From the NCBI GenBank assembly GCA_965205485.1, contig OZ242180.1, forward strand, positions 1,344,001-1,408,000: a stretch of 64,000 nt of DNA, given 5' to 3'. Below, one piece after another: positions 29,345 through 40,870 of this stretch. Source of the DNA: Candidatus Latescibacterota bacterium (GTDB taxonomy: Bacteria; Latescibacterota; UBA2968; GCA-2709665). The notes below the pieces were generated by a model. The model had not been told where the DNA came from. It did no database searches and saw only the letters and a list, made by a program, of their open reading frames with translations. The first letter of the stretch is position 1. Each line of letters begins with the position of its first letter. The position numbers and the translations under genes were made by a program.

Positions 29345-31025
29345 CCCGTTTCCACCGGCGCTGATCCTGATTGTCGGATCGCTGCTGATACCGGTCCTGC
29401 GGGGGCGCTTGCAATCGGCCTACATGCTGCTGCTCCCGGTTGCAGGGCTTGCCCATCTGATCGGACTGACCCCAGGAGAATACTGGAAGATCGGGGTCTT
29501 CGACTATTCCATGACGCTGGTTCGCATCGACAGGCTCAGCCTGGTCTTCGGCTATGTCTTCCATATTGCCGCCCTGCTGAGCATCGTCTATGCGCTACAC
29601 GTGAAGGACAATACGCAGCACGTCGCGGGCCTGTTCTATGCGGGCAGCGCCGTCGGCGCCCTCTTCGCGGGCGATCTGATCACCCTGTTTGTCTTCTGGG
29701 AACTGACGGCGATATCTTCCGTATTCCTGATCTGGAGCCGCCGGACCGACCGCGCCTACGCCGCCGGAATGCGCTACCTGATCGTGCAGGTCTGCTCGGG
29801 CATGATTCTGCTGGCGGGCATTCTTGTTCATCTTCGCGAGACCGGATCGATCGCATTTGCAGAGTTGGGGCTGAACGGCCTGGGCACGACGCTCGTCTTC
29901 ATTGCTTTTGGGATCAAATGCGCGTTTCCCCTGCTCCACAACTGGCTGTCGGACGCCTATCCGGAGGCGACGGTAACCGGGACCGTGTTCCTGAGCGCTT
30001 TCACAACCAAGCTGGCGGTCTACGCGCTTGCCCGGGGCTTTCCCGGTACCGAGATCCTGATCCCGATCGGCGCCGCGATGACCCTGTTTCCCATGTTTTA
30101 CGCGATCCTCGAGAATGACCTCAGACGGGTGCTGGCCTACAGCCTGAACATCCAGTTGGGATTTATGGTTGTCGGTATAGGAATCGGGACCCAGATGTCC
30201 CTGAACGGAACGGCCGCCCACGCAGCCACCCACGTCATTTACAAAGCCTTGCTGTTTATGTCGATGGGCGCGGTGCTCTATCGTACGGGTACGGCCAGGG
30301 CTTCGGAACTGGGCGGGCTCTACAGGTCCATGCCTCTGACGGCGGTTTTCTGCATCATCGGCGCGGCGTCGATTTCGGCCGTTCCCTTCTTCAACGGTTT
30401 CGTCAGCAAGTCATTTATCCTCGGTGCCGTGGCCAATGGACACTACGTCCTGACCTGGCTGGCGTTGTTGTTCGCTTCGGCGGGCGTGTTGCTCTATACG
30501 GGCATCAGGGTCCCCTACCTTGCCTTCTTCTCGGAGGATTCGGGGATCCGCTGCAGGGAGGCGCCTCTGAACATGCGTGTCGCCATGGGTGCGGCAGCCG
30601 GCCTGTGCGTACTGATTGGCATCTTTCCGAAACCACTCTACGCTGTCTTACCGTTTGCCATAGATTACGAACCCTATACGGCGGAACACCTGGTTACCCA
30701 GTACCAACTGTTGTTCTTCTCAGCGCTGGCCTTCGTCGTGATGAAGCGGACCGGCGTCTATCCGTCCGTATTGCGGTCCGTAAACCTGGACACGGACTGG
30801 GTGTATCGACGGCTGCTGCCCGGTATCGTCGGGGCTGTGGCGCGGGTGGGTGGTTCCGCCGGAAGTTCGATCCTGAAGAGCGGGAAGGCGCTGGTCGCGG
30901 AGGCCGCTTCAGGATGCCGTCAATACCACGGTCCCCAGGGCATTCTGGGTCGAAGCTGGACGACGGGTACTGCCGTGTTGGTCGTGACCATCTCGCTGGC
31001 CGCGTTCCTGATCTTCTGCTTCTGA
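29337..31025 (+). CDS. Mrp antiporter-like subunit (third; MrpA/NuoL-like with C-terminal extension)
   Basis: LFVFWE, KCAFPLLHNWL.DAYPEAT, FTTK; C-terminal DTDWVYR, an amphipathic stretch and a final TM. Confidence 0.85.
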   Translation: MIDPFPPALILIVGSLLIPVLRGRLQSAYMLLLPVAGLAHLIGLTPGEYWKIGVFDYSMTLVRIDRLSLVFGYVFHIAALLSIVYALHVKDNTQHVAGLFYAGSAVGALFAGDLITLFVFWELTAISSVFLIWSRRTDRAYAAGMRYLIVQVCSGMILLAGILVHLRETGSIAFAELGLNGLGTTLVFIAFGIKCAFPLLHNWLSDAYPEATVTGTVFLSAFTTKLAVYALARGFPGTEILIPIGAAMTLFPMFYAILENDLRRVLAYSLNIQLGFMVVGIGIGTQMSLNGTAAHAATHVIYKALLFMSMGAVLYRTGTARASELGGLYRSMPLTAVFCIIGAASISAVPFFNGFVSKSFILGAVANGHYVLTWLALLFASAGVLLYTGIRVPYLAFFSEDSGIRCREAPLNMRVAMGAAAGLCVLIGIFPKPLYAVLPFAIDYEPYTAEHLVTQYQLLFFSALAFVVMKRTGVYPSVLRSVNLDTDWVYRRLLPGIVGAVARVGGSAGSSILKSGKALVAEAASGCRQYHGPQGILGRSWTTGTAVLVVTISLAAFLIFCF

Positions 31026-31150
31026 TGTCCCGGAACGTACAATCTTATTTTAGTGACGTAAAAACAGTCATTTAAGAACGTATTCCGTACCGAAGGTCGC
31101 CGGCCTCAGCCCGCAAATACGTGCCTGCGCGCCAATTTCGAACTTTAGGC

Positions 31151-31180
31151 TTGACTTTTCTATCGCATCCCCGTTAATTA
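31151..31180 (+). promoter_or_regulatory. Possible internal promoter before nuoN-atp
   Basis: TTGACT followed 17-18 bp later by AT-rich TTAATTA in a 190-bp spacer; weak -10. Confidence 0.3.
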
Positions 31181-31214
31181 ATGCCGCTAATAATTCTCAA
31201 CGAGGACTACCGCG

Positions 31215-32663
31215 TTGCCTGACGTGAACTGGATTGTACTCGTTCCCTCGCTGATTGTCGCAGCAAGTGCGTTGCTGATCCTGTGCATCGACATTGTCCG
31301 ACCGGCAAATCGGGGTGTTGGAGCCGCATACGCGGCCATCATCGGAACGGGCCTGGCGGCGGTCGCCTGCGCGGGTCTCTGGGGGCGGTCCGAGCAGGCC
31401 TTCGGCGGGATGCTCGCGCTGGACAACTTCGCGCTCTTTTCCAACATCATATTTACGGTCGGCACGGCGCTGACCATTTTTGTCTCCACGGGGTACCTGA
31501 GGCGGGAAGAAAGCAGCCGCAGCGAGTACTATCTGCTGCTGCTGACGGCCACCCTGGGGATGATGCTGATGGCCGCGGGGACGGACCTTATCGTGATCTT
31601 CCTGGGGTTGGAGCTGATGTCGCTGTCGCTCTATATCCTGGTTGGATTCCTCAGCTCGCGTTCCGTCTCCAACGAAGCCTCTCTGAAATATCTGCTGCTT
31701 GGCGCTTTTGCGACCGGTTTCCTGTTATACGGGATTGCCCTGATTTACGGATCGACAGGTTCCACCAGCCTCCAGCAGGTTGGCGCAATGCTTCTGCGGC
31801 GCGTTGACGGAGGCGGGTTGATGTTGTATGCCGGCATGGTATTGCTGGTTGTGGGCTTCGCATTCAAAGTGGCGGCGGTTCCGTTCCATATGTGGGCGCC
31901 TGACGTCTACGAAGGCGCGCCCGCGTCGGTTACCGCCTTTCTCTCGGCCGGTCCCAAGGCGGCAGCCTTTGTCGCGTTCCTGCGCGTGCTGATGGTATCT
32001 CTGGAATCGATGAAGGCGGAGTGGACGGCGGTACTCTGGATCCTGGCCGTGCTGACCATGACCGTTGGCAACCTGAGCGCGCTGGGGCAACGCAGCATCA
32101 AGCGAATGCTGGCCTATTCCAGCGTCGCCCATGCCGGTTACGTGCTGGTTGCGCTTACCGCGGCCAACGGCCAGGGGATTTCCGCCGCTCTGTTCTATCT
32201 GCTTGCCTATACGTTTATGAATATCGGCGCATTCGCGGTCGTGATTCTGGTTGCGCGGAAGGGCGAAGAGAACGTCGACATATCGGATTACGCGGGGCTG
32301 GGTTTCAAGCATCCGGTCCTCGGGCTGACGATGACGCTGTTTATGCTTTCATTGGCGGGTCTCCCGCCTACCGCCGGATTTTTCGGGAAGTTCTACATAT
32401 TCCGGGCGGCAATCGATGCCGGCCTGGTCTCGCTTACCATTATCGGCGTGCTGAACAGCCTTGTCTCGGTTTATTTCTATCTCGGGGTCGTCGTCAGTAT
32501 GTATATGAGACAGCCTGCCGACGAAGAGCCGGTGGGCACATTTCCACCTCTCGCTCGAACGGCGCTGCTGGTAACGTCCCTTGCGACCCTCTATATCGGC
32601 CTCGCTCCGTCGCGGTTTCTGGAATTGGCCAGGCAAACGGTAGGCAGCCTCATTGGAACTTAG
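31215..32663 (+). CDS. nuoN: NADH-quinone oxidoreductase subunit N
   Basis: EASLKYLLLGA, FKVAAVPFHMWAPDVYEGAP, KRMLAYSS, GFFGKF; TTG start after GAGG. Confidence 0.95.
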   Translation: MPDVNWIVLVPSLIVAASALLILCIDIVRPANRGVGAAYAAIIGTGLAAVACAGLWGRSEQAFGGMLALDNFALFSNIIFTVGTALTIFVSTGYLRREESSRSEYYLLLLTATLGMMLMAAGTDLIVIFLGLELMSLSLYILVGFLSSRSVSNEASLKYLLLGAFATGFLLYGIALIYGSTGSTSLQQVGAMLLRRVDGGGLMLYAGMVLLVVGFAFKVAAVPFHMWAPDVYEGAPASVTAFLSAGPKAAAFVAFLRVLMVSLESMKAEWTAVLWILAVLTMTVGNLSALGQRSIKRMLAYSSVAHAGYVLVALTAANGQGISAALFYLLAYTFMNIGAFAVVILVARKGEENVDISDYAGLGFKHPVLGLTMTLFMLSLAGLPPTAGFFGKFYIFRAAIDAGLVSLTIIGVLNSLVSVYFYLGVVVSMYMRQPADEEPVGTFPPLARTALLVTSLATLYIGLAPSRFLELARQTVGSLIGT

Positions 32664-32726
32664 ATGCTGTGCCTGCGGTTTCGGGGTCACTCACGCCCTT
32701 CCATTCAAAACCCATCGCGTTGATCG

Positions 32727-32978
32727 ATGGAGGAAGAAAAAAAACAACCCGGTCTGGCCGCGGCTTATCGTAGAGCCGGCCCTTATCTGAACCTGGGAAT
32801 CGAGTTTGCGGCGTCTTTCATTCTCTGTCTTTTTGCCGGGAAATGGCTGGACGGCAAACTCGGAACGGCCCCCTATCTGATGTTGGCGGGATTGGCTCTG
32901 GGAATCGTCGTCGGTTTCCTGAACCTGTACAGAACGGCGATGCGACTCCAGGAACGCGAAAAGCAGGACCGCCAATAG
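32727..32978 (+). CDS. AtpZ/AtpI family (ATPase gene 1) protein
   Basis: G.WLD.KLGT.P motif, 2 TM segments, at the head of the atp genes. Confidence 0.85.
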   Translation: MEEEKKQPGLAAAYRRAGPYLNLGIEFAASFILCLFAGKWLDGKLGTAPYLMLAGLALGIVVGFLNLYRTAMRLQEREKQDRQ

Positions 32979-32995
32979 CCGCCCGGAGGTGAGAC

Positions 32996-33400
32996 GTGGG
33001 AACCGAATTCCTCCGATTTGCCAGACAGGTCGGGGCTGTCCTGATCGCGGCGGCAATCCTGGGCGGATACCCGCTATACGTCTACTGGGGGATTGAAGTG
33101 GTCCGGGCGGCGGCCGTAGGGTGTGGGATCGGCGCACTGAACGCACTGGCCGGGGGGCTCTCGGCCATCTGGTCGTTCGACAGGCCGCAGCCGGTCTTTC
33201 TGAAAGCGCTGTTGGGCGGAATGGTCGTTCGGATGCTGGTCATCTGCATTGGATTGGTGCTGTTGGTCAAATTCACAACGCTGTCGGTTTACGGTCTGGT
33301 TTTCTCTCTGTTTTCGTCCTATCTGCTCTTTCAGATTCTGGAAATCCGGTTCTTCGTGAAGCGCGCCGCGGTTCGGCGGGATTCACGATCAGGGGTTTGA
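32996..33400 (+). CDS. atpI: ATP synthase I-like membrane protein
   Basis: 4 TM segments with GMVVR motif, directly before atpB. Confidence 0.65.
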   Translation: MGTEFLRFARQVGAVLIAAAILGGYPLYVYWGIEVVRAAAVGCGIGALNALAGGLSAIWSFDRPQPVFLKALLGGMVVRMLVICIGLVLLVKFTTLSVYGLVFSLFSSYLLFQILEIRFFVKRAAVRRDSRSGV

Positions 33401-33404
33401 TTCG

Positions 33405-34205
33405 ATGGCATCGGAAAACGCCGCGGAAGGCAAAAAAGACTACATCATGGAGCATCTGCTCGATTCTTCAGAGCTCCACCTGCCCTTTCTTCACGTCGAA
33501 ATACCCCGTTTTGAGCTGTTCGGCATCGACGTGTCCATTACCCGGCACGTGGTCATGATGTGGATTGCGGCGGGGTTTCTCCTGTGGGTCTTCATCAGGA
33601 CAACCCGGCGTCGCGGCCTTGTACCCACCGGATTTGCGAATCTTCTGGAATCGGTCGTCGTTTTTATCAGGGATGATGTCGCCGTTCCCAACATCGGAGC
33701 AAAGGAAGCCGGACGGTTTCTACCCTTTCTCTTTACCGTATTCTTCTTCATCCTGACCTGCAATCTGCTGGGCCTCGTACCCTATGGCGCGACCGCCACC
33801 GGTAATGTGAGCGTAACCGCCGGGCTGGCGATCTGCGCCTTTCTCGTCATTCAGATGGGCGGCATTCTTCACAACGGCTTTCTGGGTTATTTCAAGGGAC
33901 TGGTCCCCCACGGACTGCCCCTTCCGATCACGCTTCTGATGATCCCGATCGAGCTCATCGGGTTGGTTGCCAAACCGTTCGCCCTCTGTATTCGTCTCTT
34001 TGCCAATTTGACTGCCGGACACGTGATCATCCTGGCGTTGCTGGGGCTGATCTTCATGTTCAAGTCGTATGCCGTCGCGCCCGTGTCCGTACTGTTCGCG
34101 CTGGCGATTTACCTGCTCGAAATCTTCGTGGCATTGGTGCAGGCGTATATTTTCACCATGTTGTCCGCCGTCTTCATCGGGATGGCGGTGCATCAGGATC
34201 ACTGA
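33405..34205 (+). CDS. atpB: F0 subunit a
   Basis: KPFALCIRLFANLTAGH (conserved Arg), QAYIF..L. Confidence 0.96.
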   Translation: MASENAAEGKKDYIMEHLLDSSELHLPFLHVEIPRFELFGIDVSITRHVVMMWIAAGFLLWVFIRTTRRRGLVPTGFANLLESVVVFIRDDVAVPNIGAKEAGRFLPFLFTVFFFILTCNLLGLVPYGATATGNVSVTAGLAICAFLVIQMGGILHNGFLGYFKGLVPHGLPLPITLLMIPIELIGLVAKPFALCIRLFANLTAGHVIILALLGLIFMFKSYAVAPVSVLFALAIYLLEIFVALVQAYIFTMLSAVFIGMAVHQDH

Positions 34206-34234
34206 TCGTTGGAAACGTTGCATTATAAACCCTT

Positions 34235-34398
34235 GGAAGTTGTTTTAAAATTACCGGTGAGTTCCCGAGCGCGAGCGAAAAAGTGGCGGTCAAGGCGGGA
34301 AAATTCGCCCCTATTTGTCTATACGGGTGGATTTGACCAACGCCGACCGGCGCTTTTGCAGCCGCGCGAAGACCGCTGGGAATTTTAATACAGCTTCT
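34235..34398. mobile_element. MITE family C, copy 2 (inverted), between atpB and atpE
   Basis: Reverse complement of 18702-18865. Confidence 0.82.
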
Positions 34399-34424
34399 TA
34401 ACTTCCTAGCGGAGGAGGTACGTT

Positions 34425-34676
34425 GTGGCAGACGTGGCATCCGTGGCGGCTGAAGCATACGGTTATTTGTCCGCCGGCATTGGCGCGGGGCTGGTAACGA
34501 TCGGCGCCGGAATTGGTATCGGACGTCTGGCCGGCATGGCCGTGGAGGGCACCGCACGGCAGCCCGAAGCAGCCGGCGATATCCGGACTTCCATGATCAT
34601 TACCGCGGCCTTCATAGAGGGTGTGGCCCTCTTCGGGCAGGTGGTCTGCTTCCTTCTGGCGACAAAAGGCGGCTGA
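34425..34676 (+). CDS. atpE: F0 subunit c
   Basis: GAGIGIG, ARQPE, FIEGVALF; GGAGGAGG RBS. Confidence 0.96.
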   Translation: MADVASVAAEAYGYLSAGIGAGLVTIGAGIGIGRLAGMAVEGTARQPEAAGDIRTSMIITAAFIEGVALFGQVVCFLLATKGG

Positions 34677-34717
34677 GTACGCATACCGTTGAGGACGTCT
34701 AAACCAGAGGAACGTGT

Positions 34718-35215
34718 ATGTTGCTGAACGTGGATACAGGTCTGATGTTCTGGACCATTGTTACCTTCGTCCTGCTGCTCCTTGTTCTCAGGGCGGTTGC
34801 CTGGAAACCGCTGCTGGCCATGCTGGACGAGCGTGAAAGGCGTATCCGGGATTCCCTGGACCAGGCGGAAAAGGCCCGGGAGGAAGCCCAGAGTGCGGCT
34901 GAAGAAAACCGGCGCGCAATGGAGCAGGCCCAGGCCGAGGCGCGACAGGCCATTTCCGAAGGACGGGAGGCGGCCGAGCGTGCAGCCCAGGAAGTGCGTC
35001 AACGCGCGTCGGACGAGGCCCGGCAGATGCTGGAGCAGGCCCGGCGAACGATTCGGCAGGAGAAGGAGCAGGCGATCCAGGAACTTCGTACGCACGCCGC
35101 CGGCCTGGCCATCGAAGCCGCCGGCAAGGTGTTGGACGAAAACCTGGACAACGCCAGGAACAGGAAGCTTGTCGACGAATTCATCGACAGCATTCCGGAC
35201 AATGGACAAAACTGA
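34718..35215 (+). CDS. atpF: F0 subunit b
   Basis: N-terminal TM, WKPL..LDERE..I, coiled coil. Confidence 0.95.
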   Translation: MLLNVDTGLMFWTIVTFVLLLLVLRAVAWKPLLAMLDERERRIRDSLDQAEKAREEAQSAAEENRRAMEQAQAEARQAISEGREAAERAAQEVRQRASDEARQMLEQARRTIRQEKEQAIQELRTHAAGLAIEAAGKVLDENLDNARNRKLVDEFIDSIPDNGQN

Positions 35216-35230
35216 TTTCCGGAGCGGAGC

Positions 35231-35776
35231 TTGAACGAAACCCCCGTCGCAATGCGTTATGCCAGGGCGCTCATCCAGGCGGCAGAAGAGCGGGACGCGC
35301 TGGACCGGGTGCGCGACGACCTGGAAGGCCTTCTGAACCTGATCAGGGTATCGGAAGACCTGCGCGCCTTTCTCAGTGACCCCCTGATTTACCCGGAACA
35401 GAAGCGGGCGGCGGTCCGGAGACTCTTTTCCGGCCGGATCGGGGACCTCACCCTGAATTTCCTGCTGCTGCTGTGCGACAAACGGCGCGAGCGGGGTCTC
35501 GACGGGATTATTCGGGCGTTTCTGATGCTCCTGGACGAGCAACGGGGTCTGATCACCGCACACGTACGGTCGGCGCAGGAACTCTCTCAGGACCAGCAGG
35601 CAAGGCTCGCGCAACGGTTGTCGGCCTGGTCCGGAAAGCAGGTACGGCTGGACGTCGAAATCGACCGGGGACTCAGAGCGGGCTTTGTAACCAGGATGGG
35701 CGACCACGTATTCGACGCAACCCTCGAAGCGCAGTTGAACCGGATGCGCCAGAGGCTGGTTTCGGGCTTATCATAG
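35231..35776 (+). CDS. atpH: F1 subunit delta
   Basis: A.RYARAL, NFL.LL.DKRR, D.T...L. Confidence 0.94.
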   Translation: MNETPVAMRYARALIQAAEERDALDRVRDDLEGLLNLIRVSEDLRAFLSDPLIYPEQKRAAVRRLFSGRIGDLTLNFLLLLCDKRRERGLDGIIRAFLMLLDEQRGLITAHVRSAQELSQDQQARLAQRLSAWSGKQVRLDVEIDRGLRAGFVTRMGDHVFDATLEAQLNRMRQRLVSGLS

Positions 35777-35844
35777 CGGTCCGTTGAGAAAGTTGCTCTG
35801 CAGGCGAGGCGGCCGCAGACCGGATGGGCTTTTTCAACGGGCTG
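35774..35844. mobile_element. MITE family B, copy 3 (internally deleted)
   Basis: TAGCGGTCCGTTGAGAAAG...GGCTTTTTCAACGGGCTG; begins at the atpH TAG. Confidence 0.7.
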
Positions 35845-35865
35845 AAAACCGAGGTGTAGACACTT

Positions 35866-37386
35866 ATGGCGATGAACTTGCAGATTCGCCCCGACGAAGT
35901 CTCCGATATTCTCAAACAGCAGATTCTGGAGGCCGAAAGGGACATTGACGTTTACGAAACCGGGACCGTGCTGCAGGTGGGCGACGGCGTGGCGCGCGTT
36001 CACGGGCTGGGCAACGCGCAGGCCAGTGAACTGGTGGCGTTTCCCGATAACATCATGGGCATGGCTTTCAACCTGGAAGAGGACAATGTCGGGTGCGTTC
36101 TCTTCGGGGACGACACGGCAATCAAGGAAGGCGACCAGGTCAGGCGTACGGGACGCGTCGTCGAGGTGCCCGTGGGCGACGAATTGCTGGGCCGTGTGGT
36201 TACGCCTCTGGGTGAGCCGCTGGATGGCAAGGGACCGGTTCAGACCTCGCAGACGCTGCCCGTGGAACGGATTGCGCCCGGGGTGATTCAGCGCCAGCCG
36301 GTGGAAGAGGCGCTGCAGACCGGAATCAAGGTGGTGGATGCCGCAACGCCCATCGGGCGCGGACAGCGTGAGCTGATCATCGGCGACCGGCAGACCGGAA
36401 AGACGGCCATCGGTCTGGACGCCATCATCAACCAGAAGGACAGCGGCGTCAAATGCATCTATGTGGGTATCGGACAGAAGGCCTCGTCCGTGGCCAAGGT
36501 CGTCGCCGAGCTCGAGGCGAACGGCGCGCTGCCATACACCATCGTCGTTTCGGCCACGGCCAGCGATCCGGCGCCGCTTCAGTTCCTGGCCCCGTATGCC
36601 GGTTGTTCGATGGGCGAGTACTTCCGCGACAAGGGCGAACACGCGCTGATCGTGTACGACGATCTCTCCAAGCAGGCCTGGGCATACCGTGAAATGGCCC
36701 TGGTCCTGCGCCGTCCGCCGGGGCGGGAAGCCTATCCGGGCGACGTGTTCTATCTGCACTCGCGTCTTCTGGAGCGCGCCTGCAAACTGAGCGACGAAGA
36801 GGGCGGAGGCTCTCTCACGGCGCTGCCCGTCATCGAGATCCTCGAAGGGGACGTATCCACGTTCGTACCGACCAACGTGATTTCCATAACGGACGGGCAG
36901 ATTCTGCTGAAGCCGGAGTTGTTCTATTCGGGCATCAGGCCGGCAATGGACGTGGGCGCTTCCGTTTCCAGGGTTAGCTCGGCTAAAACCGGGGCGATGA
37001 AGGCGGTTTCCGCTACCTTGAGCGGCGATATCGCGCGTTACAACGAGGTCCAGGCCTTTGCGCAATTCGGGGCCTCCGACCTGGACACGGCCACCCGCAA
37101 CCTGCTGAACCGCGGCGAGAAACTGATCGAGATTCTCAAACAGGGCCAGTACGCGCCGATGTCGCTCGGAGAGCAGGTGGTGTCCCTTATCGTTGGTGCG
37201 AGCATCGATGAACTGCCCACGGAGGACGTGAGACGGTTCGAGGCCGAAGTGCTTGCCTATATGCGCGACCACCACCAGGATATCGTGGACGAGATCACGG
37301 GTAGCGAAGAATTGAGCGACGAGGCACGGGGCGTCATCGATGCCGCCATCGAGCGTGCCAAGCGCGGCTTTCAGGCGTCGGCGTAG
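35866..37386 (+). CDS. atpA: F1 subunit alpha
   Basis: [29 protein letters not shown]. Confidence 0.97.
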   Translation: MAMNLQIRPDEVSDILKQQILEAERDIDVYETGTVLQVGDGVARVHGLGNAQASELVAFPDNIMGMAFNLEEDNVGCVLFGDDTAIKEGDQVRRTGRVVEVPVGDELLGRVVTPLGEPLDGKGPVQTSQTLPVERIAPGVIQRQPVEEALQTGIKVVDAATPIGRGQRELIIGDRQTGKTAIGLDAIINQKDSGVKCIYVGIGQKASSVAKVVAELEANGALPYTIVVSATASDPAPLQFLAPYAGCSMGEYFRDKGEHALIVYDDLSKQAWAYREMALVLRRPPGREAYPGDVFYLHSRLLERACKLSDEEGGGSLTALPVIEILEGDVSTFVPTNVISITDGQILLKPELFYSGIRPAMDVGASVSRVSSAKTGAMKAVSATLSGDIARYNEVQAFAQFGASDLDTATRNLLNRGEKLIEILKQGQYAPMSLGEQVVSLIVGASIDELPTEDVRRFEAEVLAYMRDHHQDIVDEITGSEELSDEARGVIDAAIERAKRGFQASA

Positions 37387-37398
37387 GAGGAGTAGCCG

Positions 37399-38250
37399 GT
37401 GGCCACATTGCGTCAACTCCGAAACCGGGTGACCGGTGTCACGAATATCCAGAAGGTCACCCACGCCATGCAGTTGGTGGCCGCGGCACGGGTGCGCAAG
37501 GCCCAGGACGCGATCCTTGCCGCCCGGCCCTATGCCGAACAACTGGACCGAATTCTTCAACGGCTGACCGCAAGTATAGACGCGGACCGGCATCCCCTGT
37601 TCCGGCAGGGAGAATCCGGTCGGATTGCGGTCGTCGTGGTGACGGCGGACCGTGGGCTGTGCGGCGGGTTCAACGCAGGAATCTGCCGGAAGGTGCTATC
37701 GGAGCTCGAAGAACAAGGTGAAGTCGAGCTGGTTGCTGTCGGCAGGAAGGGGCGCGACTTTTTTCGACAACGCGGATATGAGATCAGCCGGGAATACCTG
37801 GACGTGTTCGCCCACCTGCATCTCGGCCAAGCCGTTTCCATCGCGCGGGACGTGACGGGTCGATTTGTGTCCGGAGACGTGGACCAGGTGTGGATCGCCA
37901 ACAACGAGTTTCTCTCCCTCGGACGCCAGGAGCCGGCAATCAACCGGCTTCTGCCGATTGTGCCTGAGGAAACCGACGAAAAGAGCGCCGCCGGCGAGTA
38001 CATCTTTGAGCCCGATCCGGAGCAATTGCTTGAGACGCTCGTTCCGAGACACGTGAATTTCCAGGTCTGGCGCGCACTCCTGGAGTCCAATGCCGGAGAG
38101 CAGGCCGCCCGCATGGCGGCGATGGATAACGCGACCAGGAATGCCGGAGACCTGGTCGAAGAATTAACGCGCGAGATGAACAAGGTGCGCCAGTCTTCAA
38201 TCACGCTGGAGTTAATGGACATCATCGGCGGCGCCGAGGCTGTGGCTTAG
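37399..38250 (+). CDS. atpG: F1 subunit gamma
   Basis: DRGLCGGFN, EQAARMAAMDNAT.NA, RQ..IT.E. Confidence 0.96.
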   Translation: MATLRQLRNRVTGVTNIQKVTHAMQLVAAARVRKAQDAILAARPYAEQLDRILQRLTASIDADRHPLFRQGESGRIAVVVVTADRGLCGGFNAGICRKVLSELEEQGEVELVAVGRKGRDFFRQRGYEISREYLDVFAHLHLGQAVSIARDVTGRFVSGDVDQVWIANNEFLSLGRQEPAINRLLPIVPEETDEKSAAGEYIFEPDPEQLLETLVPRHVNFQVWRALLESNAGEQAARMAAMDNATRNAGDLVEELTREMNKVRQSSITLELMDIIGGAEAVA

Positions 38251-38314
38251 CGACGGCTACTGTTGCAGTTTGCGACAGGCTGTTTGCAGAGGTCTTGTCG
38301 ATCCCGTGCCGCTT

Positions 38315-39906
<1,592 letters not shown>

Positions 39907-39919
39907 TTACAGGAACGCG

Positions 39920-40324
39920 ATGCCGACGTTTCAGCTTGAAATTGTAACCCCGGAAAAGACGGTCTACTCGGGCGAGGTGGAGCAACTGCGGGCGCCGGGT
40001 ACCGAAGGCGGGTTCGGCGTGCTCGCGGGACACCATCCGATGCTGGCCTCGCTGCGCATTGGAGAGATGGTCTTTTTCGAAGGGGAACAGGGACCGAAGT
40101 CGGTCGCAATCAGTGGCGGGTTCGCTGAGGTGCAGCGCGACCGCGTCACCGTGCTGGCCGAGACAGCGGAATTCGCGCCGGATATTGACGTAAACCGAGC
40201 CGAAGCCGCCAGAGACCGCGCGCGGGAAATGCTGACGCGAAAACAAGAACAGCAGATTGACGAGGCGCGGGCGACGTTGGCCCTGGCGCGGGCTGTCAAC
40301 CGGCTGCGGATCGGGGTACAATAG
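39920..40324 (+). CDS. atpC: F1 subunit epsilon
   Basis: LEIVTPE, GVLAGH.P, SGGFAEV, C-terminal helical hairpin. Confidence 0.95.
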   Translation: MPTFQLEIVTPEKTVYSGEVEQLRAPGTEGGFGVLAGHHPMLASLRIGEMVFFEGEQGPKSVAISGGFAEVQRDRVTVLAETAEFAPDIDVNRAEAARDRAREMLTRKQEQQIDEARATLALARAVNRLRIGVQ

Positions 40325-40363
40325 GGCGGACTGGAAGACAATGCCTCAGCCGCGGTTCAGCGT

Positions 40364-40393
40364 GGGTGGGTTTCAAAACCCACCCGCTTTTTT
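40364..40393 (+). terminator. Intrinsic terminator after atpC
   Basis: GGGTGGGTTT-CA-AAACCCACCC stem followed by a T tract. Confidence 0.7.
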
Positions 40394-40779
40394 GTTCCTA
40401 AAACCCGTATCGATGATTTCCGCTAGCGGGCCGGGGAAACCCCACCAGCCCTCTACAGAGAATAGTGGGTTTATCCGGAATGGAACTCAGTTGGGTCATG
40501 GACATGTACCGTTTTACACTGCTCGTATCCGAGTAACCACACGGGATACTTAAACGATGTCAATCAGGAGCACGACCAGAGCAGAGCGCGTTGTTCCGTT
40601 CAGCACCGACCTTTGATGTTCTTACGCGGCCGGTAGGGCAGTGGACCATGTGCATACAGTGAGGCAATTCGCGCTGTGCATATGGCAGGCCCCGCGCCCA
40701 GCGGCGACTTTTGGTTCCTTTTGGTCGCTTCAAAAGGAACACGCCGTAGGCAGGGAATTTGGGGAATAGGGGTTATTGC

Positions 40780-40840
40780 TTTTGATTTGGTTTTTGAATT
40801 TGCCTTTCGATTTTAGCTGACTGCTGATAGCTGATGGCTG
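40780..40840 (+). repeat. T-rich tract with GCTGANN heptamer repeats upstream of the nitroreductase
   Basis: GCTGACT-GCTGATA-GCTGATG, same architecture as upstream of atpD. Confidence 0.6.
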
Positions 40841-40870
40841 CTTTAATTCTCACCTTTCAAGGGTTTCTAC

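Noticed and set aside
35587..37593. Long antisense or alternate-frame ORFs (e.g. 668 aa here, 20218-21984, 51696-53447, 12817-14172)
   Set aside because: They are shadows of real genes in high-GC DNA and carry no recognisable motifs.
40400..40780. Possible ncRNA after the atp terminator (hairpins such as GTTCCTTTTG...CAAAAGGAAC)
   Set aside because: Only isolated hairpins or repeat-like fragments; no RNA family could be supported by eye.
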